This document shows positions 36,053-49,352 of a stretch of 64,000 nucleotides of DNA, piece after piece. This DNA is from Marsupella aquatica. Taxonomy: Eukaryota; Plantae; Marchantiophyta. Numbering within the stretch: the stretch's first letter is position 1; each line of letters begins with the position of its first letter. A program made the translations under genes and the position numbers. The stretch lies in the NCBI GenBank assembly GCA_973895155.1, contig OZ316891.1, forward strand, positions 28,941,611 through 29,005,610. The letters are read 5' to 3'. The notes under the pieces were generated by a model. It was not told where the DNA came from. It did not search any database and saw only the letters and a list, made by a program, of their open reading frames with translations.

Positions 36053-37276
36053 GGCCCTTGCGTCCCTCCCTAGTCACCAAAAGCTCACGGGTCGAAGTTC
36101 AAAGGTAAAACTCAGAAAGTGACTCTGAAATGTTGTGTTGTTGTGGCAATTGAATGTGTTGCGCTCTGTGTGGGAGCTGGCTGTGTCCCCCGGCTGTGTC
36201 CACTGCATTGCAGACGGCCAGCACTCAATAGTTGCTGCGTTGCCCTTTGCCAGTATGAATGTCGCCCTTGGCCACAGCCAGCACAAAGATTGAAATGTGA
36301 TTGAACCGACAATGACACCGGACGATCAAGGGAAATCTGTGAACATTTGCGAAGTGATTTCGGGAGGAAAAATGAGGGCAAGCACAAGGCATGTAAGGGC
36401 AAAATGTATTGAGAGGAGAGAAAGCCAACAAAAAACAGCAAAGAGATGTTGTTCCGGTCCTGGGCCTGCCCAGGATGCACGGCGATGGGAAATGGGGAGG
36501 AGCTGACCAGGGTTACTACCTGGTAAACTGCAGGCCACTAGCGCCTTGCCATGTGGCCCTTCTCACATAGCATACTCCTACCGGTGTTCCACATATGGAA
36601 AGGGGAACAGGTTAACAATTAAATTAGTTTTGGGGACTAGATGTTGAATTCGGGCAATTAGGGGGACAGGTTACTAAAATGCTGAATATGGTGCCCTCAA
36701 ATACACAGCCCAGTAATTTTTTTCTTGACAGGATTTACTAGGGTCCGGGCAGACTGTAAACGCTGCTACCTGGATGTTCAAAAAAGTTTCCTGGCTTCAG
36801 CCAGACAGGTTATGCTCACATTCCACACCTAGAGTTACAGCCTAATAACACTCGCCCTGACGTTGGTTATCTTATAGGTCACTGTGGAACAGCCTGGTGT
36901 TTCATTTCATACCTTCATGCTTTAGGTAAACTATCTTTGAAATGAGGAGTGCATGAATAGTAAAAGCCTTGTATGTCAGGATTTTGGGTTTAGAAATTAT
37001 GGAGGTGCTTTAACCTCACTTTCCTTCTTGAGTTCTTAATGTACTTTGTAATTTTTGCTTTGCAATTTTAGGTGCTTTTATGGGGAATCTGTGAACTTTG
37101 AAACTTCTCCTCTACTTTGCTAAAAATAGAAAAATAGAAAATCTATTAAGTGCTCAAGGACATTGTCCGGCAGCATCCCTTTGAACCTAAACCCAGACTG
37201 TGGTGAGACTGCCTACGGGCTATACTTGAGACCCTCTATCAAGCCACCTGTAAAGGCGGAAAAGTGCAAAGGTCCC

Positions 37277-37400
37277 AGGTCCACTAGAATACTCTGTTCC
37301 AACCTCCAAAATATGTGCATAGGTCCACTAGAATACTCTGTTGTGACCTCCAAAATATATATGTGGGTCCACTGTAATACTTTCCAACCTCCAAAATTTA
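37277..37400. repeat. Tandem repeat, 3 x ~44 bp
   Basis: GGTCCACTAGAATACTCTGTT...ACCTCCAAAAT at ~37278, ~37322 and ~37366. Confidence 0.8.
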
Positions 37401-37972
37401 TATATCACAGTGTCAACCACCAAACCCAGAGAGGTCTCAAAGGCAGGCAATGCAATTCTAGAGGCAGGGAAGAGGAAAGGAAAAAGGCCCCAAGAAGACC
37501 AAAGAAGCAAGCCTAGCAGTCCCACAAGCAAGGAAGAGTTGTGGGGTAACTCATTCCAAGAGGGGGCAATGGGTTGTAATCCTTGAGGGTGCTGAGCCTG
37601 AGGGGCCCAAGTGGAGATGAGTTACCAAGAATAAATTCTAAGTGAACTTTGCACAGCGTTCGGGTCAGCTTCACACAGCAAAAGTCTCATCTGTCACTAT
37701 CTGTCACTATCACTTTACTCTATTTCTCATTCAAAAAATTCATAATCCCTAGGCCAGGCTGGCCCCGGGGTTCAGTGGCTTCACCAGGGGGTAATGCCTC
37801 CTAATCTTGTACACACATACAAAGTAAAATTTTCAGGAAGGGTTTACCAAGTCAAAAGGCCCCAAGAAGACCAAAGAGGGCCTAGGAATCCCCAAGAACA
37901 ACAACCCTGCCGATAATCACACATCAAAATGTGGTAGTATCCGATGTGCACTCTCTGAGTGCAAGAAATTGA

Positions 37973-38132
37973 CAAGGTTTATCATGGCATGGAGCGATGT
38001 CATACACCATATAGGTCATAATAATGAGGTTTATCGTGGTATGGAGCAATGTCATACACCATATAGGTCATAATAGGGAGGTTAATCATGGCATCATGCT
38101 ATGGAGTGATGTGTACACCATATATGTCATAT
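37973..38132. repeat. Tandem repeat, 3 x ~52-57 bp
   Basis: AGGTTTATC.TGG.ATGGAGC.ATGTCATACACCATATAGGTCATAATA is repeated three times. Confidence 0.85.
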
Positions 38133-41089
38133 TTTGATGTGCAATTATGAGGACCCCAACAAGAACGAAGGAAAAATATATGAGAGAATCATGTACAAGC
38201 TCGTTCCCGACAAAAAGTTGGAATCTGGGAGCCGTGAAACAAGGGATAAGGCCGTCGAACTGGTTCAAACTGAGGATGCTCTGAAATTCAGTAACATGAA
38301 CGTAGGAGTACGGGAGCCAGCGACAACCTGTTGGCCTTTCCCTTTCCGCAAAATAATGATTAGCGGTTGGAATCGCACATGGACTGTGCTGACTGCTGAG
38401 ATTCAGCACTGACCAGCTGGAATCTGGTCTCTTCTCGTGAAGGGTAGGTCCGAGACGAGCTACTCGACTCCTTTTTGACAGGTAACGTGTGCTCCTTCAT
38501 AAAAGGAAAGCAGAGTACGCTTCCAGAGAGAAGTTGGATCCTTGTCAGTTATCAGTGGCGTCGTGCATAGCTCCGGTGCCCACTTTCACAGCCGTGGACG
38601 CACTCCTCTTTGCTTCCGGGGTTGACTGCGATGGAGCAGTTTGATGTCTGAAGTTGCACTACTGTTTCCAGCCGGGGTGGGCAGTCGTGAGCTTTGCTAA
38701 AATGTACCAACAGGGTCACGGAGATTGAGCAACATGCAGACTTGCCATGAAACTCCACTTCGAATTGCTTATTGCTGGCAACACTATTTATTGTGTAGGT
38801 ATGAGTGTGGACCCGGCAATACGGTCCTACTCTAGAGACCGGACTCGTAGTCTCGTAGTGAGACCCATGTGCTCGAACACAGAGTAATTGAACGGGCAAA
38901 TCTTACCTCATGTTCACTTGTTGACGGAGGCTTGAAGAGGACGAGAAGGTGATTGCTTTGTCTGCAGTCCTAGTAACTACTGGAGGAGAAATGCCATGAA
39001 TAAACTCTGGCCAGGTAGTTCAGGTCAACGATTCTGTTCTTCAGTGCCCTGACAGGAACTCGGTCCTGTGAAACTGTGGTCTACAGTGCCTAGTGAACCT
39101 GAGATGTTCCTTTATTCCAGTTCTTTATTCCAGTTTTTTCGTCATTATCTGGCTGGGATCCTTATTCCCAGATTAGTTGGTGAACTTTAGTGTAAAATCA
39201 GCTGCACTCCGCTCTGCTGTTTCTTGCTCCGCCTTAAGGTCTTTTGAGGTATTAGTGGAATTGATGAGACTTCGGTTTTCCTTACGAATTGGACTGGTTC
39301 TTTGCGGGTCGAGGATGTTGGTCCACGATAGATTCGTGTCGTTGGCACAAAGCCTTTCAATTCGTTGACTTTATGATAGTTCGATACCTTTATTTTATTC
39401 AGCTTTGCAAGGAGAGTGAATGTTTATTTTGGTTCCGAGTGAAATTAGAATCCTTATCTGTTTTAGCCTCTCCTCTTTCTCTAATCTAATATCCGTTGTC
39501 TGGCGTGAATTTGGAACACCGTGATAAACCTCCAGAAGTCTCTCGAGCGTGCATAACCTTCTCTCCTTCCGAGTGAGATGACTTGTGCTAAGAACGTAAC
39601 GCTAGGCAGCAGGTTGGACATGCTTTGTGACACTGAAGTTAGAATTGTACAGCTGCAACGACAATGAACATCTGTAACCCACAGTCGTATGTGAACAAGT
39701 GATCAAGTCAAACTAATGTGAGTCGAGCTGATTACACATGTGGAGAGAACGCTACATCTTCACAGCAGTGTTTGATACAGTAAAGGATCTTTTCGATTAC
39801 TAGATTGACCCCAGAGGATAGTGTCAGAACACGAAGTTTGAGTGGCCTGTTGGGTGTTCAATTGAATGGGTTTGGTTCTCTCAAATGTTCGGGAGAGACA
39901 ATACGAGGCACTGTTCGGGGCCAGCCACGAAGTTAGATGCGTAAGAAAATGGTAAAAGTCGAGACACTAAAGGAGCCGGCCACACTACATGTAAACATTA
40001 TTTTATTGAGAGAATGGTGTCTTTCATTTCTGCAGGTCACCGTCGCTTGGTCGCCTCGCCATGGCCTCGAATTAGTGGACTATACGCTCTGAAGTGTGAC
40101 CACCTTCAACATACTGAAACGACATCATCTCTATCTCCGACGTTACACGTTTACAAAACACATAACCGACTACCCTATACTGGTAATTGTAAAAGCCCTA
40201 TACTTGTAAATTGTAAAGCCCCTGTCCATGTGAGATGGGCAGCAGCTTTGTTCACACCGATCCCTAGGTACGAATGTTTAACATATCAATTGGAAGCTCT
40301 TTCTGGGCCTTCTCACCGCTAGATTCAGATTGCAGTTGACAGACTTTTACCCTACAGGATCTTCCAAGCACACGGGTTTAAGGACTGACATCAGCAAAGA
40401 ATATTTCACTAGAAAAAAATGGATACACGGAGGGTGTGTTATTAGTAACTATTGTATCGTCCTATGGTATCTTGCTTCTCATCCCCGATAAGCCTATCGT
40501 AAAATCTTGGTCCCAGGTATCTCCAGGGAAATAAAGACTGCTTCTTCTGGCAATAGCTGAAAAAACCCTCCCTGGTGACCATATTCGTCACGGCTAGTTG
40601 ACATAAACTAGACTCCGTTGCATCATCCGGGAGGTGAGGGTCTACCGCCTCGTAGCAAGTACCTGAATAATTCACCTGTACGGATATGGGGATTTGCGGA
40701 TTCTGACAATCTGACTGTACACATTTTCACTAATACCAAAGACCTGTCGAAGTTGAGTGATTCAACTGCTGTTAGAATTCCACTGTTGACAGAGATGTAA
40801 TGTTCTTCACGAGATGTGAGGATCTTGTGGGAGCACATGAGCACCAGCCAAGAGCTCCTAGATACAGTAAACGGGGTTGCTGCGAGTGCAGATGATTCAA
40901 CACTGGATCGTGACCGATATCCACCAAACAAGGTCATCATCATCAAGTCCCTCAAAAACATTGATCGCTGCTGCACCAACTTTGAGAAAGGGGTTGAACT
41001 GAGACAGGTGTTGGACAATGATGACTTGAAACATTTGATCCGTCCACCTACTTAAGTAGACTCATTCACCGTCAGAAAGTTGGCCTCTA

Positions 41090-44064
41090 CTATTGCTTTC
41101 GTACATATCGTTGCTTCAACCTCCACTCAGTTCTTCCCCGCACTATCTCCGCTCCGTCACTCTGGAGTCTCAGCAAGTGGGTGTACTTCAAGGGCCCCGC
41201 ATACACATCTCCCTCTTGAGCGTTGGGCTTGAGTGCACCAGAAGAACACGACACAGCACCGGGAGAGCCATCCAGTGCGCCATTTCCCAGAAGTGATTCG
41301 GACTCCGTCGGGGGTACCACGTCGGGGCTTGTCAGTGATTGCACAACGTCTGCGGGGCTGCACTCCCGCTTATATTCCAATACCATGCTCGTCAACTCGT
41401 GAGCAACCGACAAGCTCTGGGGAACACTCTGCTCAACAACATTCAATAGTATCTGTAATCAGTGTCCAGCATCCAACGTCAGAGGGATTTCAGAGTGTGA
41501 TTGCAAGAAGGCTCACTTCATCTTACAATAAAAAGATGCAATATCCCCTTACTACCAGGTATGTCTAGACTACTTCGAACCATTAGAAGATATCAAAAGT
41601 CATTCTTTACGGATTCATCGAAGTACCGCAGCTGATACAACTGGCTCCGGCCCACCAAAGAAAGGATTCAACTCAGGAATTTACCTCAAGGGCCCACCCG
41701 ATGTATTTGACATTATTGACATGCTGATTCATGTCCATGTCGTTCAGACGGGGCTGCAGCAAAGAGGAAATGTGTGAGTTAAGCACCAATTTAAGACCTT
41801 CGAAAAGCATAATTCCCTATCAGGGAATTGACAGAAGTTGCTGGCAGGAGACATCGATCAAAGCCTTCACTCAGCCGTTCGAATCTGACTAAATCTTAAA
41901 TCAATGCTCCGTAATCCACAGAGTCTCTCTAGAAGTCGCACATCGACACCAGGTAGTGAATTAATTACTCGTGTGGTTTGAATTCTCAACTTACCACGAG
42001 GTCACACCGAATGTACTCTGCATTATCGCCCAATTTTCTGATGCGACGGCAGGGTTCTTCCTTCATTACCCACCGATCGAGGAAGTAAGGCGAGATTTCA
42101 CTTCGCACGTCATCCGGCATCCTTGACAAACGGCGAGTATCCTGATTCATGGTGACCCATGTGCTGGAAGTACCACAATCAGTTTGTTAATTAACATGAA
42201 ATTTGATTCATCAGTAGTTCGGACCTTCGTTTCATTCCCAACGAAATTGAACCACCCAACAAGCTATGCATGACCTGTAGAGGAGACCGGCTAACGAATA
42301 ACAGACCCGAAAGTACTCTGGACTGGGTTGGAATAAGTGTATCTCATTTCATATCGCCCCAAATGGCTTCTCAACTTTCTCACATACCTCGATGAATCGA
42401 GGACTAGGAAGACCCATCAGAAAAATGGGGATTCACTACAAGCAGTGCTTACATGGGACTCAAATGGAGTACAATCTCCAACTGCAAGTCTAATTATCGG
42501 GCTAGGACACAACCAGCGCTACCCTGTGGTGGCAGTCCAAAGCATCTAATAGAATTCGACAGACACTTGTTCTGGACGCCAGGCCGCTTTCATGATTGTG
42601 GAAGTGGGAGGGGATCGGTGAAGCATGGCAGAACAACCCTACAACGAAATGATTGAACGAACCCAACAATTACATTAGAGCTGACCGACCTTGTGGCACG
42701 AGCAAGTATCTCGCCAGTGTTATAGTCGGTCACCAACCAGTCCCGGCGCATGCCGTTTTTCCCTTCCCCAGCCGCCCACGTATCAATCTCCACAACGTCC
42801 CCCCTGCCAAATTGACCGGTGCCTCCAATGGATTAGGGATAAACATGGGTATGAAAAGTAATCCAAAAAACGCCCTTGCATGTCTCGACGACAAGGATAA
42901 CCAGGAGAAACTGCAATTTACCAGATAGGGTAGCGCTCCACTTGAATTTGCATGCGAGTAACAACCCAGATGAGACGGTGCCTCATCATCGCGTGAGTCG
43001 TGCCCATACCATCTCCCACGAAATCCGACATTCCGACGTGATTGAGAGCACATTCCTGATTGCATATTGACACCGACGCTTGAAGATGTTATTAATTGAT
43101 CGAGGGACCTGAAAGGAGGTTGAGAAGGAACAATCCCAAAATACCGCTCTACCTATGACAATCAGTAACGGAGAACGTATTGACGAGGTGAAACGCAGCC
43201 GTTCCATAATGTTCCTTCATAGTCCAGGAGCAAGAATTGGTCCGAGCCCAATATTCTACCAAATCAAGTATAATTTAAATTACACAGAAAATAAGTGTAA
43301 ATTGCAGTTCAGACAGGCGTTACGGGACACTCCCTGAGAAAGTCTAGTCTAAAGCTTGTCAAGTTTGAAAATGTACTTATTTCAAAACACCAAGGGCCTG
43401 ACGGTGTTAGAAGGTGACGTAGACGCCACTGAAAGCGCCCTCCTAAGAGATCATGTCATCTTTAACTACCTATGGACGTTGACAGAACTGTGAAACTTCC
43501 AAAATGTGTGAAATCGTAATTACTAACCTGAAACAGATTGGACAAAGTTTCGATAGATGCGGTGCGGTCGAATCCAACTTCATAGGAGCGAATGACAAAC
43601 AACTGTCGATAGAGAAAATCATGCTCTAGAAGTTTGCCCCTGCCAGAAGTATCCAACGGCTTGTCGTCCTTCTCGTCCTTCTTACGTCTGTCCATCTCCA
43701 AAATCGCAGCTGCCAAAGCGGCTATAACCTTGTTTAATGCCGGGGACGACTCCAAGTGGAGGTTCGGCACATCTAAAGTCTTAGCAGCAAGCTTAGAGGC
43801 GCCTTCCACCTTTGTCCCGTTCACTTTAGTGGTGGATCCGTTCATATTCACTAACTCCCGGGCCACTGCTCGAACTACTTGAAATCTGCTGCCATTCTGC
43901 TGTTTCACTCCCCTGCGTGTTCCCCGTATCACCACATCCTGCTCACTGCTTGAGAAAGCATGCGAAGCGGATGCGCACAGCTTCGTTGACATGACCTCCG
44001 ATGATCGTGCACATGGTCCTGAAGTAGATGCGAGAGCTGCAGAAGCCACTCTAATGGCTTCCAT
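41090..44064 (-). CDS. FATB: Plastid acyl-ACP thioesterase, FatB-like; 6 coding exons complement(43528-44064, 42922-43055, 42690-42803, 41995-42163, 41685-41753, 41090-41428), 1362 nt, 453 aa
   Basis: All introns are GT-AG and the frame is conserved across exons. The 134, 114 and 69 nt internal exons match the Fat gene pattern as I recall it. Motifs: IRSYEVGFDRTASIET, WGDVVEIDTW..GKNGMRRDW, catalytic DMNQHVNN and YKREC, RGRTEW. The Ser/Ala-rich N-terminus looks like a transit peptide. Confidence 0.95.
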
Positions 44065-45114
44065 CTCACTGTAAATGGGCTTGAAGATGGTCTTCAGCAA
44101 ATGAGAGATCCCTTGCCGGACGAAGAACCACTGACGCTTCCCCGCAATGGATTGAAAACTAGTAAGTAACTGCTTCTTAGAAAATCCCTGTCAGCCTACC
44201 TGCCAGATCTGTTAAAAACTCCACACGTATCTCGCTTGTCTTCTATTCCGAGCTCAGATCCTACCGAAGACAACGATGGGCCAAATTTTGTACAACAGCT
44301 GAAATGAAGTATATGCGTCCTGTGCCCATCATACCATGTCTGTTGCTTATGAGCTGCTGCTAGCGAGAGGAAATGGCATGTAGTCACAATGACTGCCTTC
44401 AAACATGGATCCAGCTCGCAAGTCGGGCAATGGAAGGTGTGGATCAAAGAACAAGAAATAGCAAGTCGAGTCAGTCAGAAACGAAAGACCTGAAAGGCTC
44501 CTCAGTTTTCCCTCAAGGAGCAAGAATGATCGGAACCTCCAGATACTTCAAGATGCTGTGTAGTGCACTTGTTGATGAAAAGTATGATGGCGAGGAACCT
44601 GCTAGGTTGACTGTGTGAGCAACAAGGATAGGCCAACAACGAGTGGAACAACGCCTATCTTCCTTCCTTCCTGGCTAAAGAAAGTAGCCCCGATAGCCAA
44701 CGTTGCAACGGGTTGCAGGGCAATGCTGGCCTCTGGGTGATCTGATCACACCACAGCCCAGGTACACCGTTGTTCGTTCCCACCACCCCAAATAGAAAGC
44801 GGAGAGGATCACTCCTATAGTAAACAAATGCCAGACCACAACTGAAACTAGACGTGAAACCCACCAGGGCTGGGTGCACTCAATGAAATACGACACCGTA
44901 TTTGACTGCGAGGTGGGTGGCACTACAGTTAGCTCGCGAAAGATCGTGTTCTTCAGGAGAAGGATATCAAGCTCTCGATCTTGGTGTGGCGTGGGAATAT
45001 AATTTGTCAACCCAATCACTCCACAAATCGTTCGTTAGGAAGGAATGACTGCCTGTGGGTGAGCAGGGAGGTAAGAACGTTCAATGTGGCTTGCAATCAA
45101 GACAATGCTGAGGC

Positions 45115-45159
45115 AGAGAGAGAGAGCGAGAGAGAGAGAGAGAGAGAGAGTGAGAGAGA
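45115..45159. repeat. (GA)n/(CT)n microsatellite in the FatB 5' leader region
   Basis: Run of GA dinucleotides with two interruptions. Confidence 0.95.
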
Positions 45160-46540
45160 CGAAATGGCGCACAGGTAGATGGTCAGCCGGACACCGCTGT
45201 TGCCAGGATAAGAGATCGAGAGAAACGGGATGCTATAGTTGTAGAGTTGGGTCCAACAACCGGAAGCCGCATTGCTCGTGGGGAAGGCAACACAGGGGAG
45301 CCGGCGCGCCACCGAGCAGGAGCGCTGGAGTGGAGCTTCCCTACGCTGACGCTGACTTCACACTGCCGTCATAGCGACATTCCCGGCGGTTACCGACCAA
45401 CCGAAGTTTCGAAATGGAAACAGAATCCGCGGGGGCGAACTAAACATACGAAAAGGTTATGTATGAAGGTAGCGGAGGAGAGGAAGAAAGCGCGTTATGG
45501 ATGCTGCCGTTGTTGTTCCAACAAAAAAACATCTGTCCGAGTCAGGCAGCTCGACAACTGGAGAAAGAACCTGTGAGATCCACAATCCAGATCGCCTCTC
45601 CGAAAAAACAGAGAATCTATTCTCTCGCGAGAGAGACGTGAACACCAGCCCAGTGCCAAGGAGGAGAGTGGCGGGTCGTCAAGAAGCGTAGTACTACTAC
45701 TGCGCCAGCATCCAAGATGAGCAGAGTGGTGCGTATGTGTGCGTCGCGGGACTGTGCCAGCTAGCTGCAACCCCGGCGCAAGCCCCGCTCACTCGATGTT
45801 CATGTCATCCTCATTCATAGCTCTCCAGCTACCCCAAATTCGAAATAAATTGCCCCCAGATGGAGGGAAAGAGAGCCGGGTTCCCACCACCCCCGTGTCT
45901 TGCGCGTGCATCAATCAACTCGCAAATGAATGACAATCCCCCTTCACTCTCCACTAGGCAGTAGTCCAGTCCAAACACCACTCAGTCACTCGGGCACTCA
46001 CTACTCCACCACAAGTCCACACAACCCAGGGCTCAACAAGCGAAGCTTCTCTCGTACCATTACTAACTGTTGCATCATCCACCGGACGTGAATCTGCCAG
46101 TAGTCACTCTCTCATCAGTCCCTCCCGATCACTAACGTAGTGTGGTAGCCATCCGTCCCGCCCGTCGGGGAAAAACAGCCAGCCGTGCACAAGGGCGTTT
46201 TAATGGGGGGGAGGCCGAAGCCAATCAAGGGCGGGGATGGTGGAACGGCCATGAATGCCGGTGCGCAGGGTAGTTGGAGCGAGTAAATGGCGACGCCCGG
46301 AAAGCGGCGAAGGAGGGCAACGAATCCCAAACGAAGCCCAAGTGCCCAACGAAGGCAACGAGGGCGATGGAGCCGTGGAGGCGATGGAGGTCGGATTGAA
46401 GGAAAGTTAATGCTGCAGATGGCGGCAACTATCAAAATTCATGACTCCCCCTTTCTCGCTCGCGAGTGACACAATGGTACCGCATACGAACGATTCGCAA
46501 GAAGATTGACCAGTTATGGACCTCTAAAGTCTAAATAATC

Positions 46541-46637
46541 AGAAGTGAAAAATTGTACTCTCATGCTACCGATTCGGGAGAAGATTTTAGAAAGTGAAAA
46601 TTGTACCCTCATGCTACCGATTCGGGAGAAGATTTAG
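46541..46637. repeat. Tandem duplication, 2 x ~49 bp
   Basis: AAGTGAAAATTGTAC.CTCATGCTACCGATTCGGGAGAAGATTT.AG occurs twice. TAAATAATCAGAAGT flanks the pair at ~46532 and ~46657. Confidence 0.85.
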
Positions 46638-46674
46638 GAGTTATGGTATGGTATTGTAAATAATCAGAAGTATT

Positions 46675-46800
46675 AGGGGCTCTTAAACCTTGACTTTCTC
46701 AATTTGGAGGGATTGCTTATCAGACCTCAAAACTAGGGATTTGCTTGATCAGACCCCAAAACTAAGTTGATTACTTCATAAGACCCTTCAATGGCTCCGT
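46675..46800 (+). mobile_element. MULE-like terminal sequence (single end)
   Basis: Three GATT(T)GCTT.ATCAGACC-type subrepeats, typical of Mutator TIRs. A similar single end occurs at 56188-56275 (TTGCTTAATTGACCC repeats). No partner TIR was found. Confidence 0.4.
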
Positions 46801-48206
46801 TGGGATTCATCATCGCCCGACACCCCTCTCAACTCTGGCCTCCAATTGTCGCATCAATTTATTAGAACTAACAGAAATAAAAAATCACAATTAAAAAGGG
46901 AGCTATGTGGCAGGGCCCAAACTCTATAGTAACTTAGTGATGACTTATAATAATGTATATAAATAAAAAAGACAAGTAGATGTAACAAAAGTGTTTGGAT
47001 TTTCAAATTTTTTATTTCTGTTAGGGGCTCATTGAGGGATTCATTGAGGGATTCCTTTTGGCCTAATGACTTGGAGGCCAAGGTTTGGGCATCTTGGATG
47101 GGTGAGGGCTAATTGCAGGCTCCACATACAGAGCAAAACGGCAAGAATGACCAAAATATAGAAAATACTGAAACTTAAAATAGACGTTGTTGCACTCATA
47201 CTCTTCCAAACATGAATTCATGGTCATGTTTGGATTCATTTTGAATCCCTCAATGAGCCCCATGCAAAATTGTGGTTCCCTAGTTGAGTTAAGGTGTGTA
47301 TCAAATAGCTATATCTTGAGGAAACTCAATGCCCGTAAAACTACAAAAGTAGGCAATCTAGCTAGGAGTAGTGATGGTGGGAGGGCCCTAATAAGGAAGA
47401 GGTTCCCACATTTGTGTCCCCCTTTTGCTTTCACCTTTTGTCATCACCCTATTCATTAAAAGTGTATTTTATTTTGTTCATTTTTAAGCATCTAAATGCT
47501 CACTTTTTTATCTCTAAATGTACATTTTTTAACCCCAAAAGATACACTATAGTACAATACTCTACACCTAAATGGTCAATTGTAAACTTGAAGGCGCAAA
47601 AATGATCTTTACTAGGAGTCTCAATCCTAGTTCATTTACAAATGATGAACATGGTGGTATATTTGATGGCCAACATCTTTATTTCTTGTCCAATTGTACA
47701 CTTTTTGAGAGTTTAATGTTCATAAATTGAATAATAATTCATTTTTAAACCACTAATCACTCTATAAGTACTCCAAGTGACCTGGAGTAGTCACTCCCAA
47801 AATGCGAATATCGCGTCCGTGGATGAGCGCCATTTCGCAGCCCTCCGATTGGGAGCCCGATCATTCTCATCTGTTCGACAAATGAGTCCATCTATGGCTC
47901 AAAATGCAGGTCTCTTTGAGATCTATGTCTCAGAAAAAACCAGATTATAAAATAGTGAAAAATGAGTGACAAAAATCAAAAAATTATCCAAGCAATGTGA
48001 TTGGTGGAGGCCAAATAATTTGAATTTTGAATTTTTGGGCAGGTTGGGCAAAGACAAGTGGCCCGGATTACCATCGGGTGACAGGGTCAAGAAACCTGTG
48101 CGGCATCCACCCATAGCAGGTCGAACAAGAGCCTGGCCTAGGCCGGTTAGGACTGTTGTCGTTTGGAATAGTTTATGTACAGTTGATAATTACTCTACTT
48201 CGAAGA

Positions 48207-48279
48207 GTACTAATGGTTCACTGGTTAGTGCTTTTGCCTCCCAAGCAACAGGTTTGAGGTTCAATCCTTGCTCATGCCA
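48207..48279 (+). pseudogene. tRNA-Gly-like sequence (degenerate; SINE head or TE-embedded)
   Basis: A box TGGTTCACTGG, anticodon arm TTGCCTCCCAAGCAA (CCC) and B box GGTTCAATCC. The acceptor stem does not pair. Confidence 0.55.
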
Positions 48280-49154
48280 TTATGGAATATGTGTTGTTTT
48301 GCATCTGCATTTGCTCGCCCTATTGGGGTGCCAAAACACATAAAAACACATAAAATAGCCACCAACTCCTCACTACTCATTGCATAAAATCTAGGGTTTC
48401 AGGTGTAAGTCACAGGCAGTAGGGAGGAGGGACAGGAGGGCAAGAAGGCAAAAGGGCAAAAGGGGCAATGCAATGACTCATTTGCAAACTGTAGTCCCCA
48501 AGGTACTCTTTCTTTTCTCTTTCCTTTCCTTTTGTCTTTGCCCATTCATTTACTTTTGTCAATTTATTTTTTGTTTTACGGGGTTTGGCTTGGCATCCAA
48601 TCTTTGTTGTAGAGGTTAGCTTGGGTATTTTCTTATACGTAGGGGTTTGGGTTTAGCATAGGGTTCTATGAGCACCGGGGGTCAGCCCCTCGATATTCCA
48701 AATGGGAGGCGGAAACGCCGTCCAACGGGAGGGGGTCCACCTAGACAGCGTTATCCGAGTGATGATATACATTACAAGAAGAGACAAAGACCAGATGCCA
48801 AGCCAGAAATCCGCGTCCCACTTGAACGGTGGGATGAGTGGGAGGACCTCTGAGGTTTGCTGGGACCAGACACAACACATTCTACTATTGTGACATGGCT
48901 GCTTGATTGAATGCGACCTACGGTTCAAGAGCTTTGGGCATGGCGAGCAGCGGAGGCAGCTCAAATTCCGCCTCAGGCAGTTCCATCACCCACAGGCCAG
49001 TAGGATCCAAGTCAGCCTTCACGACTATATCAAGTGTAGACACTCTTTCATTTGCTCATTTATAGTTATCAATTCTATCTACTCATAGTTTGGAAATGAT
49101 TTTTGAAATGATAATTGGGGTTGTGTTTTGCATGTTTTCCACTTTTCTCCCACC

Positions 49155-49352
49155 TTAGGGTATACCTTATAAACCTAAAATTAGGGCACATATATATGTA
49201 ACATGTACCTAATATAATACCCTAAACCAAACCATAAGATTAGGGTACACCTTATAAACCTAACATTAGGGCACACAGAACATACCTAAGATAATACCAT
49301 ATCATACCATAAAATTAGGGTACACCTTATAAACCTAAAATTAGGGCACACA
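49155..49352. repeat. Three ~80-bp repeats with telomere-like motifs
   Basis: TTAGGGTA(C/T)ACCTTATAAACCTAA.ATTAGGGCACA at ~49156, ~49240 and ~49315. Confidence 0.8.

Larger units (their letters stand above)
34249..36684 (+). mobile_element. Internally deleted Mutator-like element (MULE), 2436 bp, with ~85 bp TIRs and 10-bp TSD
   Basis: The left TIR CAGCTCTTTAATAACCTGTCCCCTTAACTGCCCGAACTCAGCATCTAGTCC... (34249-34335) is the near reverse complement of ~36598-36684. TSD ACTATGGTGC (34239-34248) versus AATATGGTGC (36685-36694), one mismatch. Confidence 0.92.

Noticed and set aside
44065-44100. ORF-track N-terminal extension of FatB
   Set aside because: Non-ATG start inside the intron end; the acceptor TTTACAG is at 44070-44069 and the ATG at 44064.
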